The notes under the pieces: generated by a model | What the model was told of the DNA's origin: nothing | What the model saw: the letters and a program-made list of their open reading frames with translations, nothing else | Databases searched by the model: none | Program-made: the position numbers and the translations under genes | Shown here: positions 10,698 to 21,300 of the stretch, one piece after another | Numbering within the stretch: position 1 is the first letter of the stretch | Layout of the letters: each line of letters opens with the position of its first letter | Assembly (NCBI GenBank): GCA_045577985.1 | Contig: JAZNJJ010000026.1 | Location: 19,403-83,402, forward strand | Direction: 5' to 3' | Length of the DNA stretch: 64,000 nt | Origin: Alphaproteobacteria bacterium | Lineage (GTDB): Bacteria; Pseudomonadota; Alphaproteobacteria; RF32; CAG-239

Positions 10698-11564
10698 TTA
10701 CGGAAGGTATGTTCGAGGATTTACAGCCTTTTTTCCAGCTCTAACCTCAAAATGAAGTTGAGGTGTTGTAACGCTTCCCGTACTACCGACTGTCGCAATT
10801 TTTTCTCCACGGGAAATATTTTGCCCTTTTTTCACAAATAAACGATCATTATGAGCGTATGCAGTTATCCAGCCATCTTTATGTTTTAATAATATTAAAT
10901 TACCAAATCCTTTCAACTCGTTGCCTGCATATGCAACAACACCAGAATCTGCAGCCTTAACATTTGTACCTTTGGGTGCTTTTATATTAATTCCATCATT
11001 TTTACGTCCTTTACCTAAATTACCGTAACCGGAAATAATAGTTCCCCTTATCGGCCAATCAAACTTATTACTGCGAGAGCTTGCCACTTTAGTCTTTTTT
11101 GAACCATCTTGTTTTTTGTTTATTTTTGAATACCTATTGTTTTTTGCAACATAAATTTTTGCATTTTCTTTTTGAACTATTATTGAGGAAACATTACCCG
11201 GCAACACTAATTTCTGTCCGACAGATAAAGAATATGGAGTTTGCAAATTATTTACTTTACCTAATGTAAGGACATCAGTATTGTACATTTTTGAAATACC
11301 GTATAAGCTTTCTCCTTTTTTCACAATATGATAATGAGGTGCCGGCAACTTAAGTTTTTGACCTATTTTGAGAGTGTATGGCGCTTTTAAATGATTGGTA
11401 TTTATTAAATCTTTTAAATTAACATTATGATTGCGAGATATACTATATAGTGTATCTCCTCTCCCAACAGTTACAATATCAGAAGAGTTTCTATTCCACC
11501 AGCTTGTAGAATTACAAGCCGTTAAACAAAACAACAATAATGTAATAACAAGTATTTTTTTCAC
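10698..11564 (-). CDS. LysM-domain M23 peptidase lipoprotein (NlpD-like)
   Basis: Lipobox LTAC, two LysM repeats (GDTLYSISRNH..., GESLYGISKMY...) and an M23 C-terminal domain (GINIKAPKGT...HNDRLFVKKGQ...GSTGSVTTPQLHFEVR). Confidence 0.8.
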   Translation of the reverse strand: MKKILVITLLLFCLTACNSTSWWNRNSSDIVTVGRGDTLYSISRNHNVNLKDLINTNHLKAPYTLKIGQKLKLPAPHYHIVKKGESLYGISKMYNTDVLTLGKVNNLQTPYSLSVGQKLVLPGNVSSIIVQKENAKIYVAKNNRYSKINKKQDGSKKTKVASSRSNKFDWPIRGTIISGYGNLGKGRKNDGINIKAPKGTNVKAADSGVVAYAGNELKGFGNLILLKHKDGWITAYAHNDRLFVKKGQNISRGEKIATVGSTGSVTTPQLHFEVRAGKKAVNPRTYLP

Positions 11565-11609
11565 AAGATTACTCCACTTTATGTTAGAATAATCATTATT
11601 TATTTATAT

Positions 11610-12611
11610 TTAATTAAATTTATCTAATGAACCTATACCATAATTATGTGATATTGTACTATTTTTTAAGTACATTCTAGAACTTGATAACATATTTTCT
11701 GCACTTTCGTTTATACCACGACGTTGCATATAAAAAATACTAACCATTTCCGCATTTACTTTGTCTACATTCAATTTGCGAATTTTATTTATTATCGAAT
11801 CCCATATTACTTGGGTTATTTCTGATATTTTTTCCTTTTTATATTTAGTGATTATAATACCTATTTTTGTATTATCATAGCGACCTATTTTAGCAATATT
11901 TCCAACACATTCTATACAAGCATCTGCCACGCTTCTTAATAATTTATCTCCAGTATTAAAACTAAATCCACTATCCACAAAATTTAATATATCAGAAAGT
12001 TCAATAGATATAAAAAGCAATGGTCGATTATATCTATTACATACTTTTATTTGATCTGAAAGATATTTATAAAGACTTTTTTGATTTAATATATTGCTTA
12101 TTAAAGCATCTTTTTCTTTAACTGTTTTTAATTGTTTTTCTAAAGTTAGTTTTTGTTTTAAAGGATAAGCTAAAAAACTTATTCCCTTACATTGAAGAAG
12201 TTCATTTAGTATCGGACTAGCTCTTAATATTACAGGAATTTTTGATCCATCTGTCTTATATAACATTTGTTCTGATGATAAAGTGCGTTTGTTTTTCTTA
12301 AGATATTTCAGTATATCTTTTAGATTCTCTTTATTTGCGGGAATATCTTCAATAATATTTCCTAAAATAGACTTTCCGAGTAAATCTTCTCTTTTATAAT
12401 TTCCATATGATATCATATCATCATTAATATTAATGATATTAAAATCTTTATCAACGCTGAATTTTAAATCTTTTCTTTGCTTCTTATTATCTTCTTTTGA
12501 GCTAAGAATATTGCATTCTTGTACTAGTTCTTTTATTTCGTGTAATTTATAATGAAGCATTATAATATATAGAATTAAAATGAAAATTAATAACAAAAGT
12601 CCGTAAATCAT
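11610..12611 (-). CDS. membrane-anchored PAS plus degenerate GGDEF-like domain protein
   Basis: N-terminal TM, a PAS-like segment (NIININDDMISYGNYKREDLLGKSILGNII) and a GGDEF-fold-like C-terminus in which the GGDEF position reads RYDNTK. Confidence 0.45.
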   Translation of the reverse strand: MIYGLLLLIFILILYIIMLHYKLHEIKELVQECNILSSKEDNKKQRKDLKFSVDKDFNIININDDMISYGNYKREDLLGKSILGNIIEDIPANKENLKDILKYLKKNKRTLSSEQMLYKTDGSKIPVILRASPILNELLQCKGISFLAYPLKQKLTLEKQLKTVKEKDALISNILNQKSLYKYLSDQIKVCNRYNRPLLFISIELSDILNFVDSGFSFNTGDKLLRSVADACIECVGNIAKIGRYDNTKIGIIITKYKKEKISEITQVIWDSIINKIRKLNVDKVNAEMVSIFYMQRRGINESAENMLSSSRMYLKNSTISHNYGIGSLDKFN

Positions 12612-12736
12612 ATCCGCTCCTTCTATATTTATTTAAGAATAGAATAAATTATAAAAAATATTAAGTAAACAAGTATTGATTTTTTATACCATTTTGCATA
12701 TTATACGGCAGGGTTAAATATAGAAAGAAAACTTAA

Positions 12737-14182
12737 GTGGCAAAACAACCAGATATAGAAGATTTAAGCGGTGATAAATATAAATATGGCTTTGTAACTA
12801 ACATTGAAGCTGATGTGGCTCCATGTGGTTTAAATGAAGAAATTATTAAATTTATCTCAAATAAAAAAAATGAACCAAAATGGTTATTAGAACGCCGTTT
12901 AAAAGCCTTTAGATATTGGAAAACTTTGGAAGAACCCAAATGGGCAAAATTAACATACGATAAAATAAAATATCAAGATCTATGTTATTATGCTGCTCCT
13001 AAACAGAAGGTTAAGCCTAAAAGCCTTGATGAAGTTGATAAAGACATCTTAGATACATATAACAAATTAGGTATCCCGTTGAAAGAACAAGAAGTTCTAG
13101 CGGGTATTGTTGCTGTTGATGCTGTATTTGATAGCGTTTCTGTTGCTACAACATATAAAGCAAAGCTGGCTGAACAAGGTGTTATTTTTTGTTCAATATC
13201 CGAAGCTATTAGAGAATACCCTGATTTGGTACAAAAATATCTCGGTTCGGTTGTTCCGTATACTGATAATTTTTTTGCTTGTTTAAATTCCGCAGTTTTT
13301 ACAGATGGTTCCTTTGTTTATATTCCTAAAGGGGTTACTTGTCCATTAGAATTATCTACATATTTTAGAATAAATACTCAAAATACCGGACAATTTGAAC
13401 GAACGCTTATTGTGGCAGAAGACGATAGTTATGTTTCTTATTTAGAAGGATGTACAGCACCTCAACGAGATGAAAACCAACTACACGCAGCAATTGTTGA
13501 AATTGTTGTGATGAACAATGCTGAGGTAAAATATTCAACTGTTCAAAATTGGTATCCCGGAGACAAAGATGGTAAAGGAGGAATTTATAACTTTGTTACC
13601 AAAAGAGCCGCTTGTCGGGGAATAAATTCTAAGGTTTCATGGACACAAGTTGAAACAGGATCTGCCATAACATGGAAATATCCCTCTTGTATTTTAATTG
13701 GTGATAATTCCGTAGGAGAATTTTATTCGGTTGCAATCACTAATAATAAACAACAAGCAGATACCGGAACAAAAATGATTCATATTGGAAAAAATACTAA
13801 ATCTAAAATCATTTCTAAAGGAATATCTGCCGGATATTCAAATCAAACTTACAGAGGATTAGTTGATATTTCAGCAAACGCTAATAACGCTCGTAATTTT
13901 TCACAATGTGATAGCTTATTAATTGGGTCTAATTGTGGTTCTCATACTGTTCCATATATTCAAAATAAAAATAAAACAGCCCTTTTAGAACATGAGGCAA
14001 CCACATCTAAAATTAGTGAAGAACAACTATTTTATTGTCTACAACGTGGTATTACAGAAGAAGAAGCGATAGGGTTAATCGTTAATGGTTTTTGTAAGGA
14101 AGTTATGCAACATTTGCCAATGGAATTCGCTATTGAAGCATCAAAATTAATTAACATCAGTTTGGAAGGTAGTGTAGGATGA
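12737..14182 (+). CDS. sufB: Fe-S cluster assembly protein SufB
   Basis: 481 aa, strongly SufB-like throughout ([16 protein letters not shown]...[24 protein letters not shown]). GTG start. Confidence 0.9.
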   Translation: MAKQPDIEDLSGDKYKYGFVTNIEADVAPCGLNEEIIKFISNKKNEPKWLLERRLKAFRYWKTLEEPKWAKLTYDKIKYQDLCYYAAPKQKVKPKSLDEVDKDILDTYNKLGIPLKEQEVLAGIVAVDAVFDSVSVATTYKAKLAEQGVIFCSISEAIREYPDLVQKYLGSVVPYTDNFFACLNSAVFTDGSFVYIPKGVTCPLELSTYFRINTQNTGQFERTLIVAEDDSYVSYLEGCTAPQRDENQLHAAIVEIVVMNNAEVKYSTVQNWYPGDKDGKGGIYNFVTKRAACRGINSKVSWTQVETGSAITWKYPSCILIGDNSVGEFYSVAITNNKQQADTGTKMIHIGKNTKSKIISKGISAGYSNQTYRGLVDISANANNARNFSQCDSLLIGSNCGSHTVPYIQNKNKTALLEHEATTSKISEEQLFYCLQRGITEEEAIGLIVNGFCKEVMQHLPMEFAIEASKLINISLEGSVG

Positions 14183-14475
14183 GTGAAATAAATGAAACAG
14201 AATTATATAAGAGAGCTTTAAAAACCTGGGGAAAAGGTCCTCAAATGATGCAGGTTGTTGAAGAAATGGCTGAACTAACCAAAGAACTGATGAAAAATAT
14301 CAATAGAAATAAAGATAATATTGATGAGATTATTGAAGAAGCAGCTGATGTTGAAATTATGTTGGGACAATTGAAATGTTGTTATAATATATCGGAACAG
14401 ATTGCTAATTATAAAGCGAATAAACTAAAAGTTATTGAAAAAAGGTTAGATGATTGGGATAAGAAGGAACAATAA
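14179..14475 (+). CDS. small MazG-like (all-alpha NTP pyrophosphohydrolase fold) protein embedded in the suf operon
   Basis: 98 aa with paired acidic helices [10 protein letters not shown] and [10 protein letters not shown] (an EExxE / EExxD pattern). ATGA overlap with the sufB stop and TAATG overlap with the sufC start. Confidence 0.5.
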   Translation: MSEINETELYKRALKTWGKGPQMMQVVEEMAELTKELMKNINRNKDNIDEIIEEAADVEIMLGQLKCCYNISEQIANYKANKLKVIEKRLDDWDKKEQ

Positions 14476-15230
14476 TGCCAATACCTATATTAGAAGTTAA
14501 AAATTTATATGCTCGAGTTGATGGTAAAGAAATTATAAAAAATTTTAATTTAACCATTAATAAAGGTGAAGTTCATGCAATTATGGGACCAAATGGAGCT
14601 GGAAAATCTACATTATCTTATGTATTAACAGGTAAACCAGGATATGAAGTGATTTCCGGAGATGTTTTGTTTAAAGGAAAAAATTTATTGGATATGAAAC
14701 CGGAAGATAGAGCTTGTGAAGGATTGTTTTTAAGTATGCAATATCCTGTTTCTATCCCTGGTGTAACGTGTAGTAATTTCTTGAAACATGCAATAAATTC
14801 CATGCTTAAATACAAACAACAAAAAGAGTTAGATGCTGCCGAATTTTTAAAGTTATTAAAAACAAAAGCCAAAGAACTGGATATAAGTCCGGAAATGCTT
14901 AAAAGAGAAATAAATGTTGGATTTTCTGGCGGCGAAAAAAAACGTATGGAAACTTTACAAATGAGTTTATTAGAACCTTGTTTAGCTATATTAGATGAAG
15001 CAGATTCAGGACTGGACTTTGATGCCTTAAAGTTGGTGGCAGATGGAGTTAATAAACTAAGAAATGAAGATAATGCTCTTTTGATTATTACTCATCATTT
15101 GAATTTATTGAATTATATTGAACCTAATTTTGTACATGTTTATGCAGATGGTCATATTGTTAAATCCGGTGATAAAAATTTAGCTGTAGAACTAGAAAGC
15201 AATGGTTATAAAAATTTTTTGGATATCTAA
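14475..15230 (+). CDS. sufC: Fe-S cluster assembly ATPase SufC
   Basis: Walker A GPNGAGKST, ABC signature FSGGEKKR, Walker B AILDEADSGLD. Confidence 0.9.
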   Translation: MPIPILEVKNLYARVDGKEIIKNFNLTINKGEVHAIMGPNGAGKSTLSYVLTGKPGYEVISGDVLFKGKNLLDMKPEDRACEGLFLSMQYPVSIPGVTCSNFLKHAINSMLKYKQQKELDAAEFLKLLKTKAKELDISPEMLKREINVGFSGGEKKRMETLQMSLLEPCLAILDEADSGLDFDALKLVADGVNKLRNEDNALLIITHHLNLLNYIEPNFVHVYADGHIVKSGDKNLAVELESNGYKNFLDI

Positions 15231-15233
15231 CAC

Positions 15234-16487
15234 ATGAACTTAGTAAATCAAAATATTCAACTTTGGGGAAATAATATTCCATGGCTAGAATCCTTGAGGG
15301 AAAAAGGGAAAATAGCTTTTGAGCGAATTGGATTTCCGAACAATAAAAATGAAGCATGGAAATATTCTTTTATTAAACCTGAAATATTGTCTAATTTTAT
15401 AATTAATAATGGTTCAACAGATGAAAATGAAAATGAGTGTTGTTGTTCTGCTTGTCAAAACAGCTTACCATTTGAGGTATTAGATGTAAAATTTTGTAAT
15501 GGGAAAATATCGTGCCAACATTTTGATACAAGTACAGGAATAGTTATTAAACCATTACTTGAAGCCATATTTGATGACGATATAAAAAAATATTTAGGAA
15601 AATCTTTTGATTTTGAAAAATACCCATTCGCGGCGTTGAATACGACGTATTTAGAACAAGGTATTTTTGTTTTGGTTGAAAAAAATTATATCATTAATAA
15701 ACCATTATATATAAAATACCATTATCACGATTGCCAAAATCTTTTTAGTAATATTAGAAATGTTTTTATTTTAGAAACAAATTCTCAATTGAAAATTATT
15801 GAAGACTATGTGGGAGATAAAACTTCAACATATTGCAACAATATTGTAAATGAGTTTTATATTGGTAAAGATGCTAAATTGCAACATTATAAAATACAAA
15901 ATGAAAATCATAATAGTTATCATATTGCAATGAATTCTGTAGTTCTGAAAGATAATGCAAAATATAAGGCGTTATGTATACAAAAAGACTGTATTTTTTC
16001 ACGTAATGAATCTTTGGTCAGATTACAAAATAAAGGCGCAGAGGCTGAGATTAACGGTGTATATTGTATAGGCAAAAATAGTGTTATTGATAATACAACA
16101 AATATTATGCATTTGGCTCCTCATACCTATTCAAATCAATTTGTAAAAGGTGTTGTTAATGAAAACGGAAAAGGAATTTTCCAAGGACAAATTCATATTG
16201 CTAAAGATGCTCAACAAACGGAGGGAAACCAACTTCATAGGGCCTTATTATTGAGTGATGAAGCTGAAATTGACTGTAAACCAGAACTCGAAATTTTTGC
16301 AGATGATGTAAAATGTTCTCACGGTGCAACTTGTGGTGATTTAGATAAAGAGCAACTTTTTTATATGCAATCCAGAGGAATCGCTTTAGAAGAAGCAAAA
16401 CAAATCTTGATCGAAGCATATTTAAATGAAGTTTTGGAAAAGATTGAAGATATTGATATAAAAAACTGGCTAATTAGTTGTTTTTAA
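15234..16487 (+). CDS. sufD: Fe-S cluster assembly protein SufD
   Basis: 417 aa with the SufB/D beta-helix C-terminal region (PELEIFADDVKCSHGATCGDLD.EQLFY..SRGI). Follows sufC. Confidence 0.85.
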   Translation: MNLVNQNIQLWGNNIPWLESLREKGKIAFERIGFPNNKNEAWKYSFIKPEILSNFIINNGSTDENENECCCSACQNSLPFEVLDVKFCNGKISCQHFDTSTGIVIKPLLEAIFDDDIKKYLGKSFDFEKYPFAALNTTYLEQGIFVLVEKNYIINKPLYIKYHYHDCQNLFSNIRNVFILETNSQLKIIEDYVGDKTSTYCNNIVNEFYIGKDAKLQHYKIQNENHNSYHIAMNSVVLKDNAKYKALCIQKDCIFSRNESLVRLQNKGAEAEINGVYCIGKNSVIDNTTNIMHLAPHTYSNQFVKGVVNENGKGIFQGQIHIAKDAQQTEGNQLHRALLLSDEAEIDCKPELEIFADDVKCSHGATCGDLDKEQLFYMQSRGIALEEAKQILIEAYLNEVLEKIEDIDIKNWLISCF

Positions 16488-16944
16488 ATTTTTGCAATAT
16501 TCTAAATAAAGCGGGACGCATGAATTTTCCTTGCCATAGCCCTATTCCTTTTTGTTTAGCATCTTGTTCATCAGATAGGTATTTTTCTGTTCGATATCGG
16601 GTAGCCCATCCGGCTCTAATCATTTCTTGATTTAATGAAACATTATTATCAATAAAGCATTCACAAAGTTTTCTATTATATTTATCACTTTGTTTCAAAC
16701 ATTCGCAATTAACATCTTTATTTGCTATTAATTCTTGCAAGTATTGTGTGGATTTTTCTCCACAATTATATTCTTCAGCTAAAGCATTTTCGCAAATTTG
16801 TAAGTATTCCGGAGCATCAATCCCTTCTAAACGGATACGTTCATTATTTTGTTCTAACGAATCTCCATCCACAACTTTCAAATCGGCATGAGCAAATTGT
16901 GAAAAACATAAGAAACAAATGAATATTATAAAATATTTATACAT
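16474..16944 (-). CDS. secreted thermonuclease (staphylococcal nuclease, SNase-like)
   Basis: Signal peptide, then VVDGDSL...IRLEGIDAPE and a C-terminal GLW motif typical of SNase homologs. Convergent 14-nt overlap with sufD. Confidence 0.7.
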   Translation of the reverse strand: MYKYFIIFICFLCFSQFAHADLKVVDGDSLEQNNERIRLEGIDAPEYLQICENALAEEYNCGEKSTQYLQELIANKDVNCECLKQSDKYNRKLCECFIDNNVSLNQEMIRAGWATRYRTEKYLSDEQDAKQKGIGLWQGKFMRPALFRILQKFKNN

Positions 16945-17071
16945 TTTTACCTCGTATTCATATTATTATGTTAAAAAAAATTAGGCAATAGCTATTTTAT
17001 TTACTTTTCTTTCATATAATATTGTTATTGTTAGCTATATGTTTGTAACTAGTCTATTTAAAGGTATTGCT

Positions 17072-18106
17072 ATGTTAAAAAAATTAGGAATGTTATCTGC
17101 TCTTTGTTTGACTCTGTTAGGTTGTCAATACAGTGATTTTGGTACAGATGAAATTGATACGGTTTTTCAACAACCTAATATAAAAGTACCAAATTCAATT
17201 GTAGTATGTCGAGCAAAACAATGTGCTCCAGCCAGATTATCTATGTCTAAAGAATATATTTATAATACTTTATTACATATGTTTGATAGCAATGCTCGCA
17301 GAAAAGCATTAATATGTGCCGCAGATCCGAATACTCATGCTTGTACAGAAAATTATATATCAGTTCCAATAACGGTTGGTATTACTCCAGCGTATATGTA
17401 TGTTGATGATGTTAAAATTACCGATGTATCAATTAGCAAAAAGAGTACATCTGCATTTAATTTAATATTGAATTGGAATGTATCATATAATGGTCAAACG
17501 CCAGTATGTCGTCCAAGCAAAACTTTGTTATATGCAAAAAATATTGATAATGTTATTATGGAAGACAATGGATACACCTGTAAAATGACAACCATTGGAA
17601 CCAGCACCATCAAGACATTATTTGCTATTGATTATATTGATTTAGACTATGGATATATCGGCGGTTTCTATTCTATCGGATTATCTGGACCTGCATTTGG
17701 AGGTGGAGCTGGTTACATGATGCTTCGCTTACCGGAAGAAATTACTTTGGATCCAAAAGATTTTATGGTTGATAAAGATGGAGGCGTTGTTAGAAGAGGA
17801 GATCCATATGTGAGTGCACCTCAACCAATTCCTGCCCAACAAAAAGATACATCTAAGCAAGGAGCTAGTGTTCAAGCTTCACAATCAACCACAGTTCCTA
17901 ATGTAGATACAATCATAAAATATAATCATCCTTCAAAAGATTATGATAATGCTAAAGCGGCTATTGCAAAAAAGAAAAAAGAAGATGCTGAAGCCTTGAA
18001 TTATGAAGGAGTTAAAGTTTTTCCTGTAGCTTCTACAAACAAAAAACCTCCTGTAGTTGCTCCTAAAAATAAAAACGTATTAACTGATTACAGAGAATAT
18101 AAATAA
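17072..18106 (+). CDS. hypothetical lipoprotein
   Basis: ORF 17039..18106 trimmed to MLKKLGMLSALCLTLLGCQ (lipobox). Several Cys pairs and a Gly-rich segment. No motif recognised. Confidence 0.5.
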   Translation: MLKKLGMLSALCLTLLGCQYSDFGTDEIDTVFQQPNIKVPNSIVVCRAKQCAPARLSMSKEYIYNTLLHMFDSNARRKALICAADPNTHACTENYISVPITVGITPAYMYVDDVKITDVSISKKSTSAFNLILNWNVSYNGQTPVCRPSKTLLYAKNIDNVIMEDNGYTCKMTTIGTSTIKTLFAIDYIDLDYGYIGGFYSIGLSGPAFGGGAGYMMLRLPEEITLDPKDFMVDKDGGVVRRGDPYVSAPQPIPAQQKDTSKQGASVQASQSTTVPNVDTIIKYNHPSKDYDNAKAAIAKKKKEDAEALNYEGVKVFPVASTNKKPPVVAPKNKNVLTDYREYK

Positions 18107-18128
18107 ACCATTATTTTAATTCAATTTT

Positions 18129-18155
18129 TAACCGTCTTTATAGACGGTTTTTTTA
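18129..18155 (+). terminator. rho-independent terminator
   Basis: AACCGTCTttatAGACGGTT followed by a T-run. Confidence 0.75.
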
Positions 18156-18358
18156 TTATAAACTCTTGTCAAAAATAAAATATTATGATATTCTAAGAGG
18201 TGATATAAATATTACCATTGGATGCGATTATTGTTATTATTAAGGAAAAGATACACTACAATTTCATAAACTGTAGTTGATAAGCTTTTCATTGGTAATT
18301 TTGCATATTTCCATTTTCAATGTGATTTATAGTGTAAAATTTTAAATTTATATAGCTT

Positions 18359-21300
18359 ATGGCAAAATTTCAGAAGTTTGTTGCAACATTTGTTGCGTTA
18401 GTAGGTATCGTTCTGTTCGGCTCATGCACAGCTGATGGTTTTGAAGATACTCGTTCGTATCCTACTCATGTGGATACAATTAAGATCGTGAAAGACCATG
18501 TTATGGTTAATGACCTCACCCATGACATCGATACGGCTTTAACAGATAAGGCCAGCGATGAAATGGAAGCTAAAATGAGAATCTACAATATCCTTGACGG
18601 AGAAGTTGTTGATTCTTTTAGTATGACCGAATATCCGACTATGGATACTCACATATACTGCCTGAAGGATAATTATGTCATTACTGAAGAGCAGATTGAG
18701 CCGGTATTGGTTTCTTCTGAACTTAGAAGAAATTATAATCGTGATCATGTGAGTTATAACGGATATGAAGAAAAAGATACTTTAATTCTGTCGTTTAACG
18801 ATGGACAGGTTGTTTCTGTTCCGGTGATTATTTATGCATTTTCAGCTGAAGTTAAAGATGATGTATGCCATTTTGGTTCAGACTCATTGATTAGTGCTAA
18901 GCTGACAAAAGTGCAAAATATTAACACCTCTAAGAACACGACTAGAGCAACTTATGTTTCAAGTGTCTTAACAACTGAGTATTCTGTAGAATTGACATTT
19001 GCAGAAAAAAACACCAAGAGAGATTCTATTTTTAATGTAAATCTTAAGACTTATGTTAATCGTAAGGTTCTCTCTGAAGATGCGATTGATAAAGTTGAAG
19101 TAATTAACAAAAATCGTAAGGTTATTGATGAAACAACTGAGCAAATCTCTTTTGATAAAATGTATACCATGAAGAGTGGTGAAGTTATCAAAGAACCATT
19201 CTCTCGCATTTTGAAAAGAGAATTTAAGGGTATAGCTCCTTATGAGAAATACGTTTCTTCATTTGATTATGCCTTTGATAAATCTAATGGTGTTGTTGTT
19301 AGCGGAAATGAAAATAGTGTCGAAAAGGAAGGTAACTGGAATGTATTCGGTAAAACTGATAAATATTCAGCAAATATTTCTAATGGAATAGAGGCTGAAC
19401 TTATTGTTACAGATTATTCTCTTTATCACGAGAGAGCCGTTTACAGAGATTCTCATGTAGAAGTTGCTTTTGGATATGAAAATGTTGAAGCTACAGAAAT
19501 AGCTAGCAATGTTTCTGCCAAAGGTTCTGATAAAGAAGGTTTTGATAAGGCCGTTCTCAACAATGAGATCAGGACTCTATATCTCGGATATACTCAAAAT
19601 TTGATGGAAGATGTATATCTTTATCAAACTGCAACGAGTATTCAGGGATATGACTTGGAAAATCCTAAACTTCAGATTCTAGATGATAAGGTTATTGCCT
19701 CAATCGATTTTGTTATCAATTATACTGATGGCAAAGACGTGAGAGAAACCGACAAAATAGAACTTCCGCGTTCTATTTCTTGCCTGACAGATTGGACTTG
19801 TATTGAAGCAAATTCAAACCAGAAGACAGATACAGCTATTGTTGTTATATCTGCTTCTAATCAAAAGAGTGAAGGTTTTTGGTCTTATAAAAATCAGACC
19901 AGAAATGTTTCAACTTTAGCTCATTTGAATTCTTCTAAACAAACCAATAAATGGTCTGTGGTTGTACCAAACGAAATTGTTTATTCTCGAGAAGGAAAAA
20001 CATATAATTTTGGAGAAATAGAATTTTTTGCAGATGAAAATGGTGCCGACGTTGTCTTCGTAAAAGAAGAAAATGGACTTTCTGTTTACAAATATACCGA
20101 TAAGTTGAATGTTATTTATGGTGAAAATACTGTGAATACATCTGCTCCAGGTACAATAAAAGTTGACGGAAAGGGTATTAAGAGTAATAGCTATAAAGAC
20201 AAGAAGATCGTTGTTAATTCAAATAACGTGATTGCTTCTCTGACATGGATTACTACTTATAATGACGGCACAGAAAAGACAGAAAGTGTTAGCAAAACAT
20301 TTCCTCGTGAACTTGTTTGCAACACAAACTGGAACTCTAAAGAAGCTAATGCAAATCAGACTACTGGTAATACAAATGTATCGATAGTTAAATCTGAGCC
20401 TGTTGTAGATGGTAATTGGGTATTCATAAAAGAAACCCGTTCAATTTCAACAACAGCAAAATTGGCTTCCTCTTCTCAGGCAAATGAGTGGACTTCTATT
20501 GATCCTAACAGCATTGTTTATACTCAAAATGGTGTAACTGTTGATTTTGGAACTTTAGATTTTTCAGCTACAAAGTCTGATGCTAAGACAACACTTGAAA
20601 GCACTGTTAAAAATGTTGAGACATATAGTTACGTTTGTACTATTAATGTAGCTTTCGGTTCTAACAGTCTTAACAGTTCGGCTCCCGGTACAATTATCGT
20701 AGAAAAAGCTCGTGAAGTTGTAGATCATGAAATTCGTGATCCAAAGCTTGTTGTTAACAGTGAAGATGTTACTGCTACATTAACATGGGCAACTATCTAT
20801 AATGATGGTACTGAAGAAACAGAATCTGTGAAGCAGAGTTTTGCAAGAAGTCTTGAAGTGTATACTAACTGGTCTTCAAAGGAAAACAATGCAACTCAAA
20901 CAACAGAATCTGCCAACACATCTTTGTTGAGTTCTAACAGTAAGAAGGAAGGTTTCTTCACTTATGTAAATGAAACCAGACAGATTACTACTCTTGTAAA
21001 TTTGGCCAGCTCTACTCAGAAAAATGGCTGGAACTCTATTGATCCAAATAGCATAGTTTATTCTCGTGAGGGTAAAACTTTTGCATTTGATAAAATTGAG
21101 TTTAGCGCATCTGAGGCAGGAGCAAACGTTAAGTTGAAAAATGAGACAGCTAATAGCTCGACTTATTCTTATACAGATAAGATAAACGTTGTTTACGGTG
21201 GCAACACTAAAAATTCAACGGCAACAGGAGAGATTATTGTGGATGTTGTTGTTTCTGGTTATGATATAACAAATCCTCAGCTTATCATTAATAACGATAA

